A stretch of 64,000 nucleotides of DNA, taken from Escherichia coli. GTDB lineage: Bacteria; Pseudomonadota; Gammaproteobacteria; Enterobacterales; Enterobacteriaceae. Where the stretch lies: the NCBI RefSeq assembly GCF_013315695.1, contig NZ_CP054353.1. One strand, given 5' to 3'. The translations under genes and the position numbers were made by a program. Under the pieces are notes generated by a model. It was not told the DNA's origin. It did not search any database and worked only from the letters and a program-made list of their open reading frames with translations. Shown here piece after piece: positions 21,831 through 33,579 of this stretch (position 1 is the first letter of the stretch; every line of letters starts with the position of its first letter).

Positions 21831-23188
21831 TGAAAAGATTATCTATAACCGTCCGTTTAACCTTGCTTTTTATATTGCTGCTGTCTGTTGCTGGCGCTGG
21901 AATTGTATGGACTCTCTATAATGGCCTGGCAAGTGAGTTGAAATGGCGCGATGATACAACACTCATTAACCGGACAGCGCAGATCAAGCAGTTGTTAATT
22001 GATGGGGTAAATCCAGATACGTTACCTGTGTACTTTAACCGGATGATGGATGTTAGTCAGGATATTTTGATCATTCATGGTGATGGCATCAATAAAATTG
22101 TTAACCGGACAAATGTCAGTGATGACATGTTAAATAACATACCTGCTAGTGAGACAATCAGCGCAGCAGGCATTTACAGAAGCATTATTAATGATACAGA
22201 GATAGATGCTTTACGAATTAACATTGATGAAGTTTCGCCATCATTAACGGTTACTGTGGCTAAATTGGCTTCAGCCAGACATAATATGCTTGAACAGTAT
22301 AAAATTAATAGCATTATAATTTGCATTGTCGCCATTATATTGTGCTCAGTATTAAGTCCGTTGTTAATCAGGACGGGGTTGCGAGAGATCAAAAAGTTGA
22401 GTGGCGTAACGGAAGCGCTGAATTATAACGATAGCCGAGTGCCGGTTGAGGTTAGCGCATTACCGAGAGAACTAAAACCTCTTGGGCAGGCGTTGAATAA
22501 AATGCATCATGCTTTAGTCAAAGATTTTGAGCGCCTTAGTCAATTTGCTGACGATCTCGCTCATGAACTTAGAACGCCAATTAATGCATTACTGGGTCAG
22601 AATCAGGTTACGCTCAGTCAAATCAGAAGTATCGCTGAATATCAAAAAACAATTGCCGGAAACATTGAAGAGCTGGAAAATATTTCGCGGTTAACAGAGA
22701 ATATACTGTTTCTTGCCAGGGCAGACAAAAACAATGTTTTGGTGAAACTGGATGCGCTTTCTCTCAATAAGGAAGTTGAAAATCTTTTGGACTATCTTGA
22801 ATATCTTTCAGACGAGAAAGAGATTCGTTTTAAGGTCGAGTGCAATCAACAAATCTTTGCGGATAAAATTTTACTGCAACGAATGTTATCGAATCTTATT
22901 GTTAACGCCATTCGATATTCACCAGAAAAATCGCGTATTCATATAACCAGTTTTCTTGATGCCAACGGTTCTCTTAATATTGATATCGCCAGTCCTGGAA
23001 CGAAAATTAATGAGCCTGAAAAACTCTTCCGTAGATTTTGGCGGGGAGATAATTCGCGTCATTCCGTAGGTCAGGGACTTGGCCTTTCTTTAGTCAAAGC
23101 GATTGCCGAATTACATGGAGGAAGTGCTACGTATCACTATCTCAGTAAGCATAACGTGTTCCGAATTACGTTACCGCAAAGAAATTAA
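21830..23188 (+). CDS. hprS: Sensor histidine kinase HprS (YedV)
   Basis: 452 aa; two TM segments, HAMP, H-box (LAHELRTP) and ATPase domain; start overlaps hprR stop. Confidence 0.9.
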   Translation: MKRLSITVRLTLLFILLLSVAGAGIVWTLYNGLASELKWRDDTTLINRTAQIKQLLIDGVNPDTLPVYFNRMMDVSQDILIIHGDGINKIVNRTNVSDDMLNNIPASETISAAGIYRSIINDTEIDALRINIDEVSPSLTVTVAKLASARHNMLEQYKINSIIICIVAIILCSVLSPLLIRTGLREIKKLSGVTEALNYNDSRVPVEVSALPRELKPLGQALNKMHHALVKDFERLSQFADDLAHELRTPINALLGQNQVTLSQIRSIAEYQKTIAGNIEELENISRLTENILFLARADKNNVLVKLDALSLNKEVENLLDYLEYLSDEKEIRFKVECNQQIFADKILLQRMLSNLIVNAIRYSPEKSRIHITSFLDANGSLNIDIASPGTKINEPEKLFRRFWRGDNSRHSVGQGLGLSLVKAIAELHGGSATYHYLSKHNVFRITLPQRN

Positions 23189-23295
23189 CATCGGGCTTCA
23201 GTACGCCATAAGTTAACCGTGAAAAAACGCAGCCACGTCGTGAGTATTAACGTGGCTGCGATTGATTATGCGCTTACATCACAATGTAACAGGGA

Positions 23296-24147
23296 TTAAC
23301 TCGCGTAAGCTGCCAGCATTTCCTGCGCCGCCAGTTTACCCAACGCATTCGCTGCAAAAGGACTGTCGCCGGTGAGAAGTTTACGGTCCTTATGTACTCG
23401 CCCGGTGATGTCGTCATTAATGATGTTCATGCCCATTTTCTTCAACTCTTCGCCGAAGTACCAGGTGAGATGACCCGGCATATAGCCAATATCTGGCGTT
23501 TGTTTGTCTGCGGCGTCTGGGAATGCGCAAATAGAATAACCATTCAGTGGGTTATCGCTGTGGCGAAGTGCCAGAAAAGCCGCCGGACCGTGGCAAAGGG
23601 AGATAACAAAACGGTCATTTTTGATTGCCCACTGTAAAGCGGCAGCCACGTCCTGGCTTTCTGGTAAACCAATAAGTGCGCCATGCCCACCAGGAACAAA
23701 GATTGCTGCATATTCGCTATCAGCGTTGAGGCTGGCGACAACATCCGCGAGTTTCTTCGGATTACGGAATAACGATTTATGCTGTTCAAAGAATGGCATT
23801 ACTTTTTCATCTTTGTGCGGCATAGCCCAGTATTCAAACTTGGTCATCAGACCGGAAATGGTCGCCACTTCGAATTCGAAACCTGCAGCATGGAGATGAT
23901 ACAACGGCAGCAACGTTTCAATCGGATGGTTACCGGTCGAGAACAGTTTTCCGTTATCGGTCGGCAAATAACGTTCGTCCGCGGCGATCACCAGAATTTT
24001 ATGTTTACCGCGATACGGTTTTGGATAGTCCACGCCATCAAGATCAGAGACGGGACTCGTATATTGGCTAAGCGAATATTCTGAAGGGAAGAACGCATTA
24101 TCTTCAGCAATATCGACCTGCGGGTTTTTACTTGTTTGAACAGTCAT
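23296..24147 (-). CDS. hchA: Hsp31 glyoxalase/chaperone HchA
   Basis: 283 aa; DJ-1/PfpI fold with conserved Cys (ISLCHGPAA); matches E. coli HchA. Confidence 0.9.
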   Translation of the reverse strand: MTVQTSKNPQVDIAEDNAFFPSEYSLSQYTSPVSDLDGVDYPKPYRGKHKILVIAADERYLPTDNGKLFSTGNHPIETLLPLYHLHAAGFEFEVATISGLMTKFEYWAMPHKDEKVMPFFEQHKSLFRNPKKLADVVASLNADSEYAAIFVPGGHGALIGLPESQDVAAALQWAIKNDRFVISLCHGPAAFLALRHSDNPLNGYSICAFPDAADKQTPDIGYMPGHLTWYFGEELKKMGMNIINDDITGRVHKDRKLLTGDSPFAANALGKLAAQEMLAAYAS

Positions 24148-24662
24148 AGTGTATTCCTTATTGTTGCTTAGTTAGGGTAGTCACTATATTTGCGACTGAG
24201 CTGGTCGCTATTTTTAACCAGGCTGAAAAATTGAGTCAATATATCGAAAGCGGTAGTTGGCGGGCATAAGTATGTAATGATGATGCTGCACTGGTGTTGA
24301 ATATTATTCACGCCAAACTTTCCTTATTGAGTAACGTCGTCGCAAGTGGCCTCAATGATTTTAGACCATTATCAGAGGTTTGGGGGCGATGGGGAGAGAT
24401 TTAGTGCTGTGGAATGTTGTGGTACTGATGAATATTTATATCCCGGATTGGTAGGGAAAAAGCTTTTTTCATGCACTATTTTTGCAAATATTTCTATATG
24501 GGAAGCGGTTTTGTTACAGATTAAATTTATAAAGAAATGCATTTGGGGTGTTGGCTGGAAGAGTTGCTGGTAGAGGATATTGTGCCAGGAGGGGCAGGGT
24601 AAGTGGCTGTATCGAGATGCTTTGGCAATTGCGTGTGCCGCAGATGGAGATGAAATGCCAAT

Positions 24663-24700
24663 AAAAAAAGCCTGAGTTCGATGAGGGACGAACTCAGGCT
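24663..24700 (-). terminator. Rho-independent terminator of yedS
   Basis: GCCTGAGTTCG-atgaggga-CGAACTCAGGC 11-bp stem; A-run on plus strand gives a U-run on minus. Confidence 0.6.
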
Positions 24701-24742
24701 GGTGTTATGTTTTACAGTAACACGCCTCGGCGCGTTGGCTGA

Positions 24743-25801
24743 TTAGAACTGGTAGACGATACCAACTGCCAGTTGGTCGTCGGTGTTCAGTCCATGAGCG
24801 AGAACATAATCACTCTTATCAAGCAGGTTGATCTGATAAGCGGTATATACGTTCATATTCTTATTGAAGTAATACCAGGTACCGATTTCAATATAGTTCA
24901 GACGATCAGAATCTTTGTAACCTGCTACGTCCAGTGCTTTAGAATAGGAGTAACCGATGGATGGACGCAGACCAAAGTCGAACTGATATTGCAGAACAGC
25001 TTCGAAGTTTTGTGTTTTGTTCACAACATCACCGTCGTCGGAATTCATGTTGTGAGATTCACCGTACATCACAGCAGCATAGACATTGTTAGCGTCATAT
25101 TTTGTTGACAACGCCCAAACTTCGGCTCTTTCGCCTTTACCATCACCAGACTGCCAATCAGTACGGTCAGAGTTTGCATAAGCACCAGCAAATGAGAAAC
25201 CGTCAATAGTGTAAGTTGCAGATAAACCATGGCCATCGCCATTTGCTTTGTAGTTGCCTGTACCTTCATTTTTACCCTGATATTGCAGAGCAAAATTTAG
25301 ACCTTCAACCATGCCAAAGAAATCTGTGTTACGATAGGTTGCAACACCGTTGGTACGGTTGGTCATGAACAGGTCAGTACCAGCCCATGAGTCACCGCCC
25401 CACTCAACAAACATATCAGTAAATGCTTCTGCATCATACGCGACACCGACATTACGACCGTAGTCGAATGAACCAAAATCTTTGTAACTCAAACCAGCAT
25501 ATGCCAAACGAGTTTGGTCAGGGTTGTGTCTGTTTGATGCTTCCAGGTCTAGTTCAAACTGACCGTAACCAGTCAGTTCAGGGTTGATCTGAGTTTCACC
25601 TTTCACGCCTACACGGGCATAAGAGGTATCTTGAGAATTATCGCCTTTTTCACCATTTTCACGGTCGGTCAGAATGCGCTCACCAACCATCTTGCCGTAT
25701 AGCTCAACTTTATTGCCATTTTTATTATAAATTTCAGCCGCATTTGCTGCGCCAGCAACTAATAACGCCGGGACCAGCATTGCCAGAACTTTTCTTTTCA
25801 T
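24743..25801 (-). CDS. yedS: Outer membrane porin (OmpC/OmpN family), YedS-like, apparently intact
   Basis: 352 aa from MKRKVLAM...; signal peptide, C-terminal ...VGIVYQF typical of general porins. Confidence 0.8.
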   Translation of the reverse strand: MKRKVLAMLVPALLVAGAANAAEIYNKNGNKVELYGKMVGERILTDRENGEKGDNSQDTSYARVGVKGETQINPELTGYGQFELDLEASNRHNPDQTRLAYAGLSYKDFGSFDYGRNVGVAYDAEAFTDMFVEWGGDSWAGTDLFMTNRTNGVATYRNTDFFGMVEGLNFALQYQGKNEGTGNYKANGDGHGLSATYTIDGFSFAGAYANSDRTDWQSGDGKGERAEVWALSTKYDANNVYAAVMYGESHNMNSDDGDVVNKTQNFEAVLQYQFDFGLRPSIGYSYSKALDVAGYKDSDRLNYIEIGTWYYFNKNMNVYTAYQINLLDKSDYVLAHGLNTDDQLAVGIVYQF

Positions 25802-26349
25802 TATGTATTCCCTTGTGATTATAATCTTCATGAATATATCAATAAGTGCTGTTATCCAAAAAAAGCACATTTGGATACTATTCTATGAAGTTCATTTTAT
25901 TTTAAAGATTACATGTAACAAATGTATTTAAAAGATTTCAAAATGTTTCTAATCTATTTAATATAATTCATAGTTATGAATTCTGAATATAAATATTCAC
26001 GAATATTATGGATATATATCAATATGTTATGAGTTGATCGAAAAGATAGGGAGTATCAATGATTGTTGCGCTAAACGGCTGGTGTGATCTCGCGCACATT
26101 AATGAAGGCATAAAAAAAAGCCGGCATCATGCCGGCCCAAAAAAATATAAACAAGACGATAAAAGGCTAATAACGGAGGCATGATGACACAGAAAAATAA
26201 AAAGGTATAATTGTAATCAGTACCAATATATTGATTGAATGAATTAATAAAGCCGAAATCAAAGATAAATAACATCGTTCAAATCGATTTTTCCTGTATT
26301 CACCGCCGTTGCGCAAAATTTATCTATTTGTTCAAAAAATGATTGAGTC

Positions 26350-26733
26350 TTGACTGGCTCATCCAATGTGGAAAAATGTGACTTTTATCACATAATAGTT
26401 CTAAGTCTGAATTTTCCGGGTTATCTCAAAATGGAATACGGTTCGACAAAGATGGAAGAGAGACTCTCTCGCAGCCCTGGCGGCAAATTGGCTTTGTGGG
26501 CTTTCTATACATGGTGTGGCTATTTCGTCTGGGCAATGGCGCGATACATCTGGGTGATGAGCCGGATCCCCGATGCCCCCGTGTCGGGATTTGAAAGTGA
26601 TTTAGGATCTACCGCGGGGAAGTGGTTAGGAGCATTGGTCGGATTTCTGTTTATGGCCCTGGTTGGTGCCTTGTTAGGCGGCATTGCATGGTACACCCGA
26701 CCTCGTCCCGCACGTTGCAGACGCTATGAATAA
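26350..26733 (+). CDS. yedR: Inner membrane protein YedR (start uncertain: ATG 26350, in-frame GTG 26368 or ATG 26431)
   Basis: Translation contains MEYGSTKMEERLSRSPGGKLALWAFYTW... and two TM segments as in YedR. Confidence 0.7.
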   Translation: MTGSSNVEKCDFYHIIVLSLNFPGYLKMEYGSTKMEERLSRSPGGKLALWAFYTWCGYFVWAMARYIWVMSRIPDAPVSGFESDLGSTAGKWLGALVGFLFMALVGALLGGIAWYTRPRPARCRRYE

Positions 26734-26772
26734 AAACTGCTAAGGTTGCGACTCTTTGGCAACGGAGCGCGT

Positions 26773-27468
26773 ATGGAGTTACAACACTGGCAGGCACAGT
26801 TCGATAACTGGTTGAAAAACCATCATCAACATCAGGACGCGGCGCATGACTTGTGTCATTTTCGCCGTGTCTGGGCTACGGCACAGAAACTGGCGGCAGA
26901 TGACGATGTCGATATGCTGGTGATTTTAACCGCCTGTTATTTTCACGATATCGTGACCCTGGCGAAAAATCATCCGCAACGGCAGCGTTCTTCAATCCTG
27001 GCGGCAGAAGAGACGCGTCGCCTGCTCCGTGAAGAGTTCGCGCAATTTCCGGCGGAGAAAATTGAGGCCGTTTGTCATGCCATTGCCGCTCACAGTTTCA
27101 GCGCGCAAATCGCCCCCTTAACAACGGAAGCTAAAATCGTCCAGGATGCGGATCGGCTGGAAGCCCTGGGGGCGATTGGCCTGGCGCGCGTATTTGCCGT
27201 TTCAGGGGCATTGGGCTTGGCGCTGTTTGATGGCGAAGATCCGTTCGCACAGCATCGCCCGCTTGATGATAAACGCTACGCGCTGGATCATTTCCAGACA
27301 AAGTTACTGAAATTACCGCAAACCATGCAAACCGCAAGAGGCAAGCAGCTGGCACAGCACAACGCGCAATTTTTAGTCGAGTTTATGGCGAAGCTCGGTG
27401 CCGAACTGGCGGGGGAGAATGAAGGTATCGATCACAAGGTGATAGATGCGTTTTCACCCGCTGGCTGA
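26773..27468 (+). CDS. yedJ: HD-domain phosphohydrolase YedJ
   Basis: 231 aa from MELQHWQ...; HD motif (CYFHDIV); matches E. coli YedJ. Confidence 0.85.
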   Translation: MELQHWQAQFDNWLKNHHQHQDAAHDLCHFRRVWATAQKLAADDDVDMLVILTACYFHDIVTLAKNHPQRQRSSILAAEETRRLLREEFAQFPAEKIEAVCHAIAAHSFSAQIAPLTTEAKIVQDADRLEALGAIGLARVFAVSGALGLALFDGEDPFAQHRPLDDKRYALDHFQTKLLKLPQTMQTARGKQLAQHNAQFLVEFMAKLGAELAGENEGIDHKVIDAFSPAG

Positions 27469-27534
27469 GCGCGTGGCCCTAAACGGCAGTAATTATGTTA
27501 ACCTGTCGGCCATCTCAGATGGCCGGTTAAATCT

Positions 27535-28953
27535 ATGCAGGAAAATATATCAGTAACCGATTCATACAGCACCGGGAATGCCGCACAGGCAATGCTGGAG
27601 AAACTGCTGCAAATTTATGATGTTAAAACGCTGGTGGCGCAGCTTAATGGTGTGGGTGAGAATCACTGGAGCGCGGCAATTTTAAAACGTGCGCTGGCGA
27701 ATGACTCGGCATGGCACCGTTTAAGTGAGAAAGAGTTTGCCCATCTGCAAACGTTGTTACCCAAACCACCGGAACATCATCCGCATTATGCGTTTCGCTT
27801 TATCGATCTATTTGCCGGAATTGGCGGCATCCGTCGCGGTTTTGAATCGATTGGCGGACAGTGCGTGTTTACCAGCGAATGGAACAAACATGCTGTACGC
27901 ACTTATAAAGCCAACCATTATTGCGACCCGGCGACGCATCATTTTAATGAAGATATCCGCGACATCACCCTCAGTCATCAAGAAGGCGTGAGTGATGAGG
28001 CGGCGGCGGAACATATTCGTCAACACATTCCTGAACACGATGTTTTACTGGCCGGTTTCCCTTGTCAGCCATTTTCGCTGGCTGGCGTATCGAAAAAGAA
28101 CTCGCTCGGGCGGGCGCACGGTTTTGCCTGCGATACCCAGGGTACGCTGTTCTTTGATGTGGTGCGCATTATCGACGCGCGTCGTCCGGCGATGTTTGTG
28201 CTCGAAAATGTCAAAAACCTGAAGAGTCACGATAAGGGAAAAACGTTCCGCATCATCATGCAGACGCTGGACGAACTGGGCTATGACGTTGCCGACGCAG
28301 CAGATAACGGGCCGGACGATCCGAAAATCATCGACGGTAAACATTTCCTGCCGCAGCACCGTGAACGCATCGTGCTGGTGGGTTTTCGTCGCGATCTGAA
28401 TCTGAAAGCCGATTTTACTCTGCGTGATATCAGCGAATGTTTCCCTGCACAGCGAGTGACGCTGGCGCAGCTGCTGGACCCGATGGTTGAGGCGAAATAT
28501 ATCCTGACGCCGGTGCTGTGGAAGTACCTCTATCGATATGCGAAAAAACATCAGGCGCGCGGTAACGGCTTCGGTTATGGAATGGTTTATCCGAACAATC
28601 CGCAAAGCGTCACCCGTACGCTGTCTGCTCGTTATTACAAGGATGGCGCGGAAATTTTAATCGACCGCGGCTGGGATATGGCCACGGGTGAGAAAGACTT
28701 TGACGATCCGCTGAATCAGCAACATCGTCCACGTCGGTTAACACCTCGTGAATGCGCGCGCTTAATGGGTTTTGAAGCGCCGGGAGAAGCGAAATTCCGC
28801 ATTCCGGTTTCGGACACTCAGGCCTATCGCCAGTTCGGTAACTCGGTGGTCGTGCCGGTCTTTGCCGCGGTGGCAAAACTGCTTGAGCCAAAAATCAAAC
28901 AGGCGGTGGCGTTGCGTCAGCAAGAGGCACAACATGGTCGACGTTCACGATAA
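27535..28953 (+). CDS. dcm: DNA-cytosine C5-methyltransferase Dcm
   Basis: 472 aa; motifs FxGxGG (FAGIGG), PCQ (GFPCQPFS), ENV (ENVKN); matches E. coli Dcm. Confidence 0.95.
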   Translation: MQENISVTDSYSTGNAAQAMLEKLLQIYDVKTLVAQLNGVGENHWSAAILKRALANDSAWHRLSEKEFAHLQTLLPKPPEHHPHYAFRFIDLFAGIGGIRRGFESIGGQCVFTSEWNKHAVRTYKANHYCDPATHHFNEDIRDITLSHQEGVSDEAAAEHIRQHIPEHDVLLAGFPCQPFSLAGVSKKNSLGRAHGFACDTQGTLFFDVVRIIDARRPAMFVLENVKNLKSHDKGKTFRIIMQTLDELGYDVADAADNGPDDPKIIDGKHFLPQHRERIVLVGFRRDLNLKADFTLRDISECFPAQRVTLAQLLDPMVEAKYILTPVLWKYLYRYAKKHQARGNGFGYGMVYPNNPQSVTRTLSARYYKDGAEILIDRGWDMATGEKDFDDPLNQQHRPRRLTPRECARLMGFEAPGEAKFRIPVSDTQAYRQFGNSVVVPVFAAVAKLLEPKIKQAVALRQQEAQHGRRSR

Positions 28954-29404
28954 GGCCACCCGCAGCAAAAATATGCGCGCGATTGCCACGCGTGATACGG
29001 CGATTGAGAAGCGCCTCGCCAGTTTGTTAACCGGGCAGGGCCTTGCGTTTCGCGTTCAGGACGCCAGTCTGCCCGGACGCCCGGATTTTGTCGTTGATGA
29101 ATATCGCTGCGTGATATTTACCCACGGCTGCTTCTGGCATCATCATCACTGCTATCTGTTTAAAGTGCCTGCGACTCGAACCGAGTTCTGGCTGGAGAAG
29201 ATAGGTAAAAATGTTGAACGCGATCGCCGCGATATCAGTCGCTTGCAGGAGCTCGGCTGGCGCGTACTGATTGTCTGGGAGTGTGCGTTACGTGGGCGCG
29301 AGAAGCTGACGGATGCGGCGCTTACCGAGCGTCTGGAAGAGTGGATCTGCGGCGAAGGTGCCAGCGCGCAGATCGACACGCAGGGGATTCATTTACTCGC
29401 TTGA
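28934..29404 (+). CDS. vsr: Very-short-patch repair endonuclease Vsr
   Basis: 156 aa from ATG 28934 ([16 protein letters not shown]...), overlapping the dcm 3' end as in E. coli. Confidence 0.9.
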   Translation: MVDVHDKATRSKNMRAIATRDTAIEKRLASLLTGQGLAFRVQDASLPGRPDFVVDEYRCVIFTHGCFWHHHHCYLFKVPATRTEFWLEKIGKNVERDRRDISRLQELGWRVLIVWECALRGREKLTDAALTERLEEWICGEGASAQIDTQGIHLLA

Positions 29405-30313
29405 TGCATCCTGAATAACTGGCGCGACAACGGGTTTGGCCGGGAAGAGATATTTTCCCAACGTGACCAGTACCACCGCGAAAACAATTACGCCGAGCGC
29501 CAGCCATTCAATTTTCGACAGCGTTTCGCCACCCAGTCCCGTACCCAGCAAGACCGCGACCACCGGGTTAACGTAGGCGTAGCTGGTGGCGAGAGCCGGA
29601 CTGACATTACGGATTAAATACATATAAGCGTTAATGGCGATAATCGAACCAAACAGCGCCAGATAGCCGACCGCAAGGAAGCCTGACAGGGAAGGGAGCG
29701 CCGTCAGTTTTTCACCCGCAATCATCGATGCGATCATTAACACCACGCCTGCCGCCAGCATCTCAATCGCACCCGCCATCATCCCTACAGGTAAGGTAAT
29801 GCGCGAGCCATAAACTGAGCCAAACGCCCAGCTAATCGAGCCGATTAAAATCAGAATCGCGCCCCACGGATTGCCGCTTAAATTTCCACCGCTATTGAGC
29901 ATGATGATTCCGGCAAGCCCAATGGCGATACCCACCCATTCCAGTTTGCGCGTTTTAATGCCAAACAGGCGGCTGAAGCACAGGGTAAAGAGGGGCACGG
30001 TTGCAACCACTACGGCGGCGATGCCGGAAGGAACATTTTGATGTTCGGCAACCGTCACCATGCCATTACCGACAGCCAGCAATAACAGGCCAATCAGCGC
30101 GGCATTGAGCAGCGGACGTAGCGGGGGAAGTTTGTGTCCGCGCAGTAGCAAAAATGCCAGCAATAAAATACCGGCTGCCAGGAATCGAACGCCCGCCATC
30201 ATTAACGGAGGCCAGCTTTCCACGCCAATCCGAATGACAAAATAGGTTGAGCCCCAAATGATATACAACGCAAACAGCGCGCCAAAAAGCGGTAACAACT
30301 GGCGGAAACGCAT
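29393..30313 (-). CDS. yedA: EamA/DMT-family transporter YedA
   Basis: 306 aa, 10 TM-like segments; matches E. coli YedA. Confidence 0.9.
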   Translation of the reverse strand: MRFRQLLPLFGALFALYIIWGSTYFVIRIGVESWPPLMMAGVRFLAAGILLLAFLLLRGHKLPPLRPLLNAALIGLLLLAVGNGMVTVAEHQNVPSGIAAVVVATVPLFTLCFSRLFGIKTRKLEWVGIAIGLAGIIMLNSGGNLSGNPWGAILILIGSISWAFGSVYGSRITLPVGMMAGAIEMLAAGVVLMIASMIAGEKLTALPSLSGFLAVGYLALFGSIIAINAYMYLIRNVSPALATSYAYVNPVVAVLLGTGLGGETLSKIEWLALGVIVFAVVLVTLGKYLFPAKPVVAPVIQDASSE

Positions 30314-30485
30314 AATCCCTCACGGCGGAAATAAAAAGGTGGTTCATAGTAAACGTGAAAATCATTCTGCTGGCGAGAGATATAATTGCACTTGATTGTT
30401 AAATAAATGTTGACCTGTGAAGCAAGTATCAGAGCTGCCGTTTTTGCTTCATACTTACACCCTTCAACAATAAAAATGAGAGGGA

Positions 30486-31403
30486 ATGCTTTTGGCCGGG
30501 AGTAGTTTACTGACGTTGCTCGATGATATCGCCACACTGCTGGACGATATCTCCGTGATGGGCAAACTGGCGGCGAAGAAAACCGCCGGTGTATTAGGGG
30601 ATGATTTATCGCTCAATGCGCAACAAGTTTCAGGCGTGCGGGCCAACCGGGAACTTCCCGTGGTCTGGGGCGTGGCGAAAGGATCGCTGATCAATAAAGT
30701 GATTCTGGTGCCGCTGGCGTTGATCATCAGTGCGTTTATCCCGTGGGCGATTACGCCACTGTTGATGATTGGTGGCGCGTTTCTCTGCTTTGAAGGGGTA
30801 GAGAAAGTGCTGCATATGCTGGAGGCGCGTAAACATAAAGAAGATCCAGCGCAGAGCCAGCAGCGTCTGGAGAAGCTGGCGGCGCAGGATCCGCTGAAGT
30901 TTGAAAAGGACAAAATTAAAGGGGCGATTCGTACCGATTTTATTTTGTCTGCGGAAATCGTCGCCATCACGCTGGGGATTGTGGCAGAGGCGCCGTTGCT
31001 TAATCAGGTGCTGGTGCTTTCAGGCATCGCGCTGGTAGTGACCGTGGGCGTCTACGGTCTGGTAGGGGTTATCGTTAAGATTGATGACCTGGGGTATTGG
31101 CTGGCGGAAAAATCCAGCGCGCTGATGCAGGCATTAGGTAAAGGGTTATTGATTATCGCGCCCTGGCTGATGAAAGCATTATCGATTGTCGGCACGCTGG
31201 CGATGTTCCTCGTCGGCGGCGGGATTGTGGTACATGGTATTGCGCCGCTGCATCACGCCATTGAACATTTCGCCGGGCAGCAAAGTGCAGTGGTGGCGAT
31301 GATATTACCGACTGTTTTAAATCTGATTCTTGGATTTATCATCGGCGGCATCGTGGTGCTGGGAGTGAAAGCAGTAGCGAAAATGCGCGGTCAGGCACAT
31401 TAA
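30486..31403 (+). CDS. yedI: DUF808 inner membrane protein YedI
   Basis: 305 aa; matches E. coli YedI. Confidence 0.85.
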   Translation: MLLAGSSLLTLLDDIATLLDDISVMGKLAAKKTAGVLGDDLSLNAQQVSGVRANRELPVVWGVAKGSLINKVILVPLALIISAFIPWAITPLLMIGGAFLCFEGVEKVLHMLEARKHKEDPAQSQQRLEKLAAQDPLKFEKDKIKGAIRTDFILSAEIVAITLGIVAEAPLLNQVLVLSGIALVVTVGVYGLVGVIVKIDDLGYWLAEKSSALMQALGKGLLIIAPWLMKALSIVGTLAMFLVGGGIVVHGIAPLHHAIEHFAGQQSAVVAMILPTVLNLILGFIIGGIVVLGVKAVAKMRGQAH

Positions 31404-31481
31404 TACTCGCACTGGCTATTATGCAAAATTTGCCATCTTCAACTAAGGTGAACAAGTTTCACTCGAAAAAAGGAGGCGAGT

Positions 31482-31664
31482 ATGAGCTTTATGGTTAGTG
31501 AGGAAGTTACGGTTAAAGAGGGCGGCCCGCGGATGATTGTCACTGGATACTCCAGCGGTATGGTTGAGTGTCGTTGGTATGACGGTTACGGGGTCAAGCG
31601 GGAAGCTTTTCATGAAACCGATCTTGTTCCGGGGGAGGGGAGTCGTTCTGCGGAAGAAGTTTGA
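31482..31664 (+). CDS. yodC: Small protein YodC
   Basis: 60 aa; MSFMVSEEVTVKEGGPRMIVTGY... matches E. coli YodC. Confidence 0.8.
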   Translation: MSFMVSEEVTVKEGGPRMIVTGYSSGMVECRWYDGYGVKREAFHETDLVPGEGSRSAEEV

Positions 31665-31834
31665 AAGGGTATCATTAACACCAGGCCGGATCACATCCGG
31701 CCTGGTGTCCCAATGCCTGCAATGAATGATAGTCGCGTCTTATCATGCCACCATTATAAAATTATCGCTGTTTTGCGGTACGCTATCGCCGGGTTATGCC
31801 AGAATCATAAAAAAGCAGGTTGGGAGTCGTCAGG

Positions 31835-32626
31835 GTGCAGCACGAGACAAAAATGGAAAACCAGAGCTGGTTGAAAAAACTCGCACGCCGCCTGGGGCCT
31901 GGTCATATCGTTAATCTCTGCTTTATCGTGGTATTGCTTTTTTCCACCTTGCTCACCTGGCGTGAAGTGGTGGTGCTGGAAGATGCCTATATCTCCAGCC
32001 AGCGTAATCATCTGGAAAACGTAGCCAACGCGCTCGATAAGCATTTGCAGTATAACGTCGACAAACTGATCTTTTTGCGTAATGGCATGCGCGAAGCTCT
32101 CGTGGCGCCACTGGATTTCACCTCTCTGCGTAATGCCGTAACCGAGTTCGAACAGCATCGCGACGAGCACACCTGGCAAATCGAACTCAACCGACGGCGC
32201 ACCCTGCCAGTCAATGGCGTATCGGATGCATTAGTCAGCGAGGGGAATCTCCTGTCTCGCGAAAATGAAAGCCTCGACAATGAAATTACCGCTGCACTGG
32301 AAGTTGGTTACTTGCTGCGACTGGCGCACAACTCCTCGTCGATGGTTGAACAGGCGGTGTATGTCTCGCGTGCTGGATTTTACGTTTCGACGCTGCCGAC
32401 CTTGTTTACGCGCAATGTACCAACGCGTTATTACGGCTATGTCACCCAACCCTGGTTTATCGGCCATTCACAACGAGAAAATCGTCACCGCGCGGTACGC
32501 TGGTTCACTTCGCAACCGGAACACGCCAGCAATACTGAACCGCAGGTTACCGTCAGTGTTCCGGTAGACAGTAATAACTACTGGTTGATCAGACATGAGA
32601 TAAATGAAGGGGGATCCGTGAGATAA
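31835..32626 (+). pseudogene. dgcQ: Diguanylate cyclase DgcQ (YedQ), 5' fragment only (periplasmic sensor domain); truncated by prophage insertion
   Basis: About 264 codons matching the DgcQ N-terminal region, then a premature stop in phage-derived sequence; no TM or GGDEF domain follows. Confidence 0.8.
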
Positions 32627-32628
32627 AT
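32596..32628 (+). repeat. Two direct copies of TGAGATAAAT, 23 bp apart, at the prophage left terminus (candidate transposase-binding end repeats)
   Basis: Copies at 32596-32605 and 32619-32628, immediately after the point where the dgcQ frame diverges. Confidence 0.4.
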
Positions 32629-32781
32629 AACGAATTGGAGTGGGTTAACATGGGTTCTGGTGAACAGAACTGAAATTCTTTTCCGCTATACGATAGATAA
32701 GTCGGGCATTGAAATCATCCTTCCTGGCAACTTAGAATCGAGTTTGCTGAAACATGACCCGTAACAAAAAGGATGATTCCA

Positions 32782-32943
32782 ATGACTACTCAAAACAATA
32801 AGCATGACAGCCTGGATTACTCAGAAAAGCCCAAAAGCAAGCACATTGTGACGTTCGAGCGCGATTCCGGTAGAAAAGGAGAATCGTCTTCCTCTGCCAA
32901 TAAAACCACTATGCCGGCAGCTCCTGCTCCAGGGAAAAAATAA
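32782..32943 (+). CDS. Hypothetical small hydrophilic protein (53 aa)
   Basis: ATG with AAAGGA-like RBS 8 nt upstream; below the ORF-track length cutoff; no recognisable similarity. Confidence 0.25.
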   Translation: MTTQNNKHDSLDYSEKPKSKHIVTFERDSGRKGESSSSANKTTMPAAPAPGKK

Positions 32944-32946
32944 ACA

Positions 32947-33579
32947 TCATTCATCGTTCGTTGCACGAACGCGCCTGATCTCCACTCTGGCAATCTGATC
33001 TGCTGGAATATAGGTTGCCAGAGCTCCCCAGTACTTATCAACCACGCCTTTATACTCTTCCCATTCGTTACTTCCTGAAGGGCTGCTGTGCGTGACGTAA
33101 AGAACCATATCGCCTTTATTTCCCAGGGTAAACGGACCGTTAGGCCACTCTTCAAAGTTCCCTGGCAGCCGTGACATCATACCGGAACCATCGCGAAGAA
33201 TCACTCTGACCTCGGTGACGCTGAAGCCTGTTTGATCAAACATTGCCTGCCATGCTGAGCTGGTATTGTCAGACCATGAAATATCATTATTCCACAGTAA
33301 TCTGTACATCCATTTGCGACCGTACCTGCGCCACCACGCACCGCATGTAACGGCACACAGAAGTGCTGGGGGGGTTGCCAGCCAGGCATTCAGACCTGCC
33401 CACATAACAGCCTGGTAAGCCATCATTGCTGTCAGGCCAAAAATCAGCGAAGAAAAAGTCACCTCAATGGGTTTGTGGTGATCCTTCAGCCCCACATTCG
33501 CAATAAAATACCCAATATAGCCACTGGTCAGGGTCACCAGTGTTGCCCATGGCAGATTTAATAACGAAACGTCAAACAT
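32947..33579 (-). CDS. Hypothetical membrane protein (3 N-terminal TM segments plus about 110-aa soluble C-terminal domain), terminal gene of early operon
   Basis: Start set at ATG 33579 preceded by GGGAGA; ORF track gives 33657. Confidence 0.6.
   Translation of the reverse strand: MFDVSLLNLPWATLVTLTSGYIGYFIANVGLKDHHKPIEVTFSSLIFGLTAMMAYQAVMWAGLNAWLATPPALLCAVTCGAWWRRYGRKWMYRLLWNNDISWSDNTSSAWQAMFDQTGFSVTEVRVILRDGSGMMSRLPGNFEEWPNGPFTLGNKGDMVLYVTHSSPSGSNEWEEYKGVVDKYWGALATYIPADQIARVEIRRVRATNDE

Noticed and set aside
24346-24573. 75-aa ORF in the hchA-yedS intergenic region
   Set aside because: No RBS, overlaps divergent or terminator regulatory DNA, no similarity.
26111-26145. Palindrome GCCGGCAT-c-ATGCCGGC flanked by A-runs between yedS and yedR
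   Set aside because: Could be a terminator or REP-like element, but no gene on either strand is positioned to be terminated by it; left unannotated.
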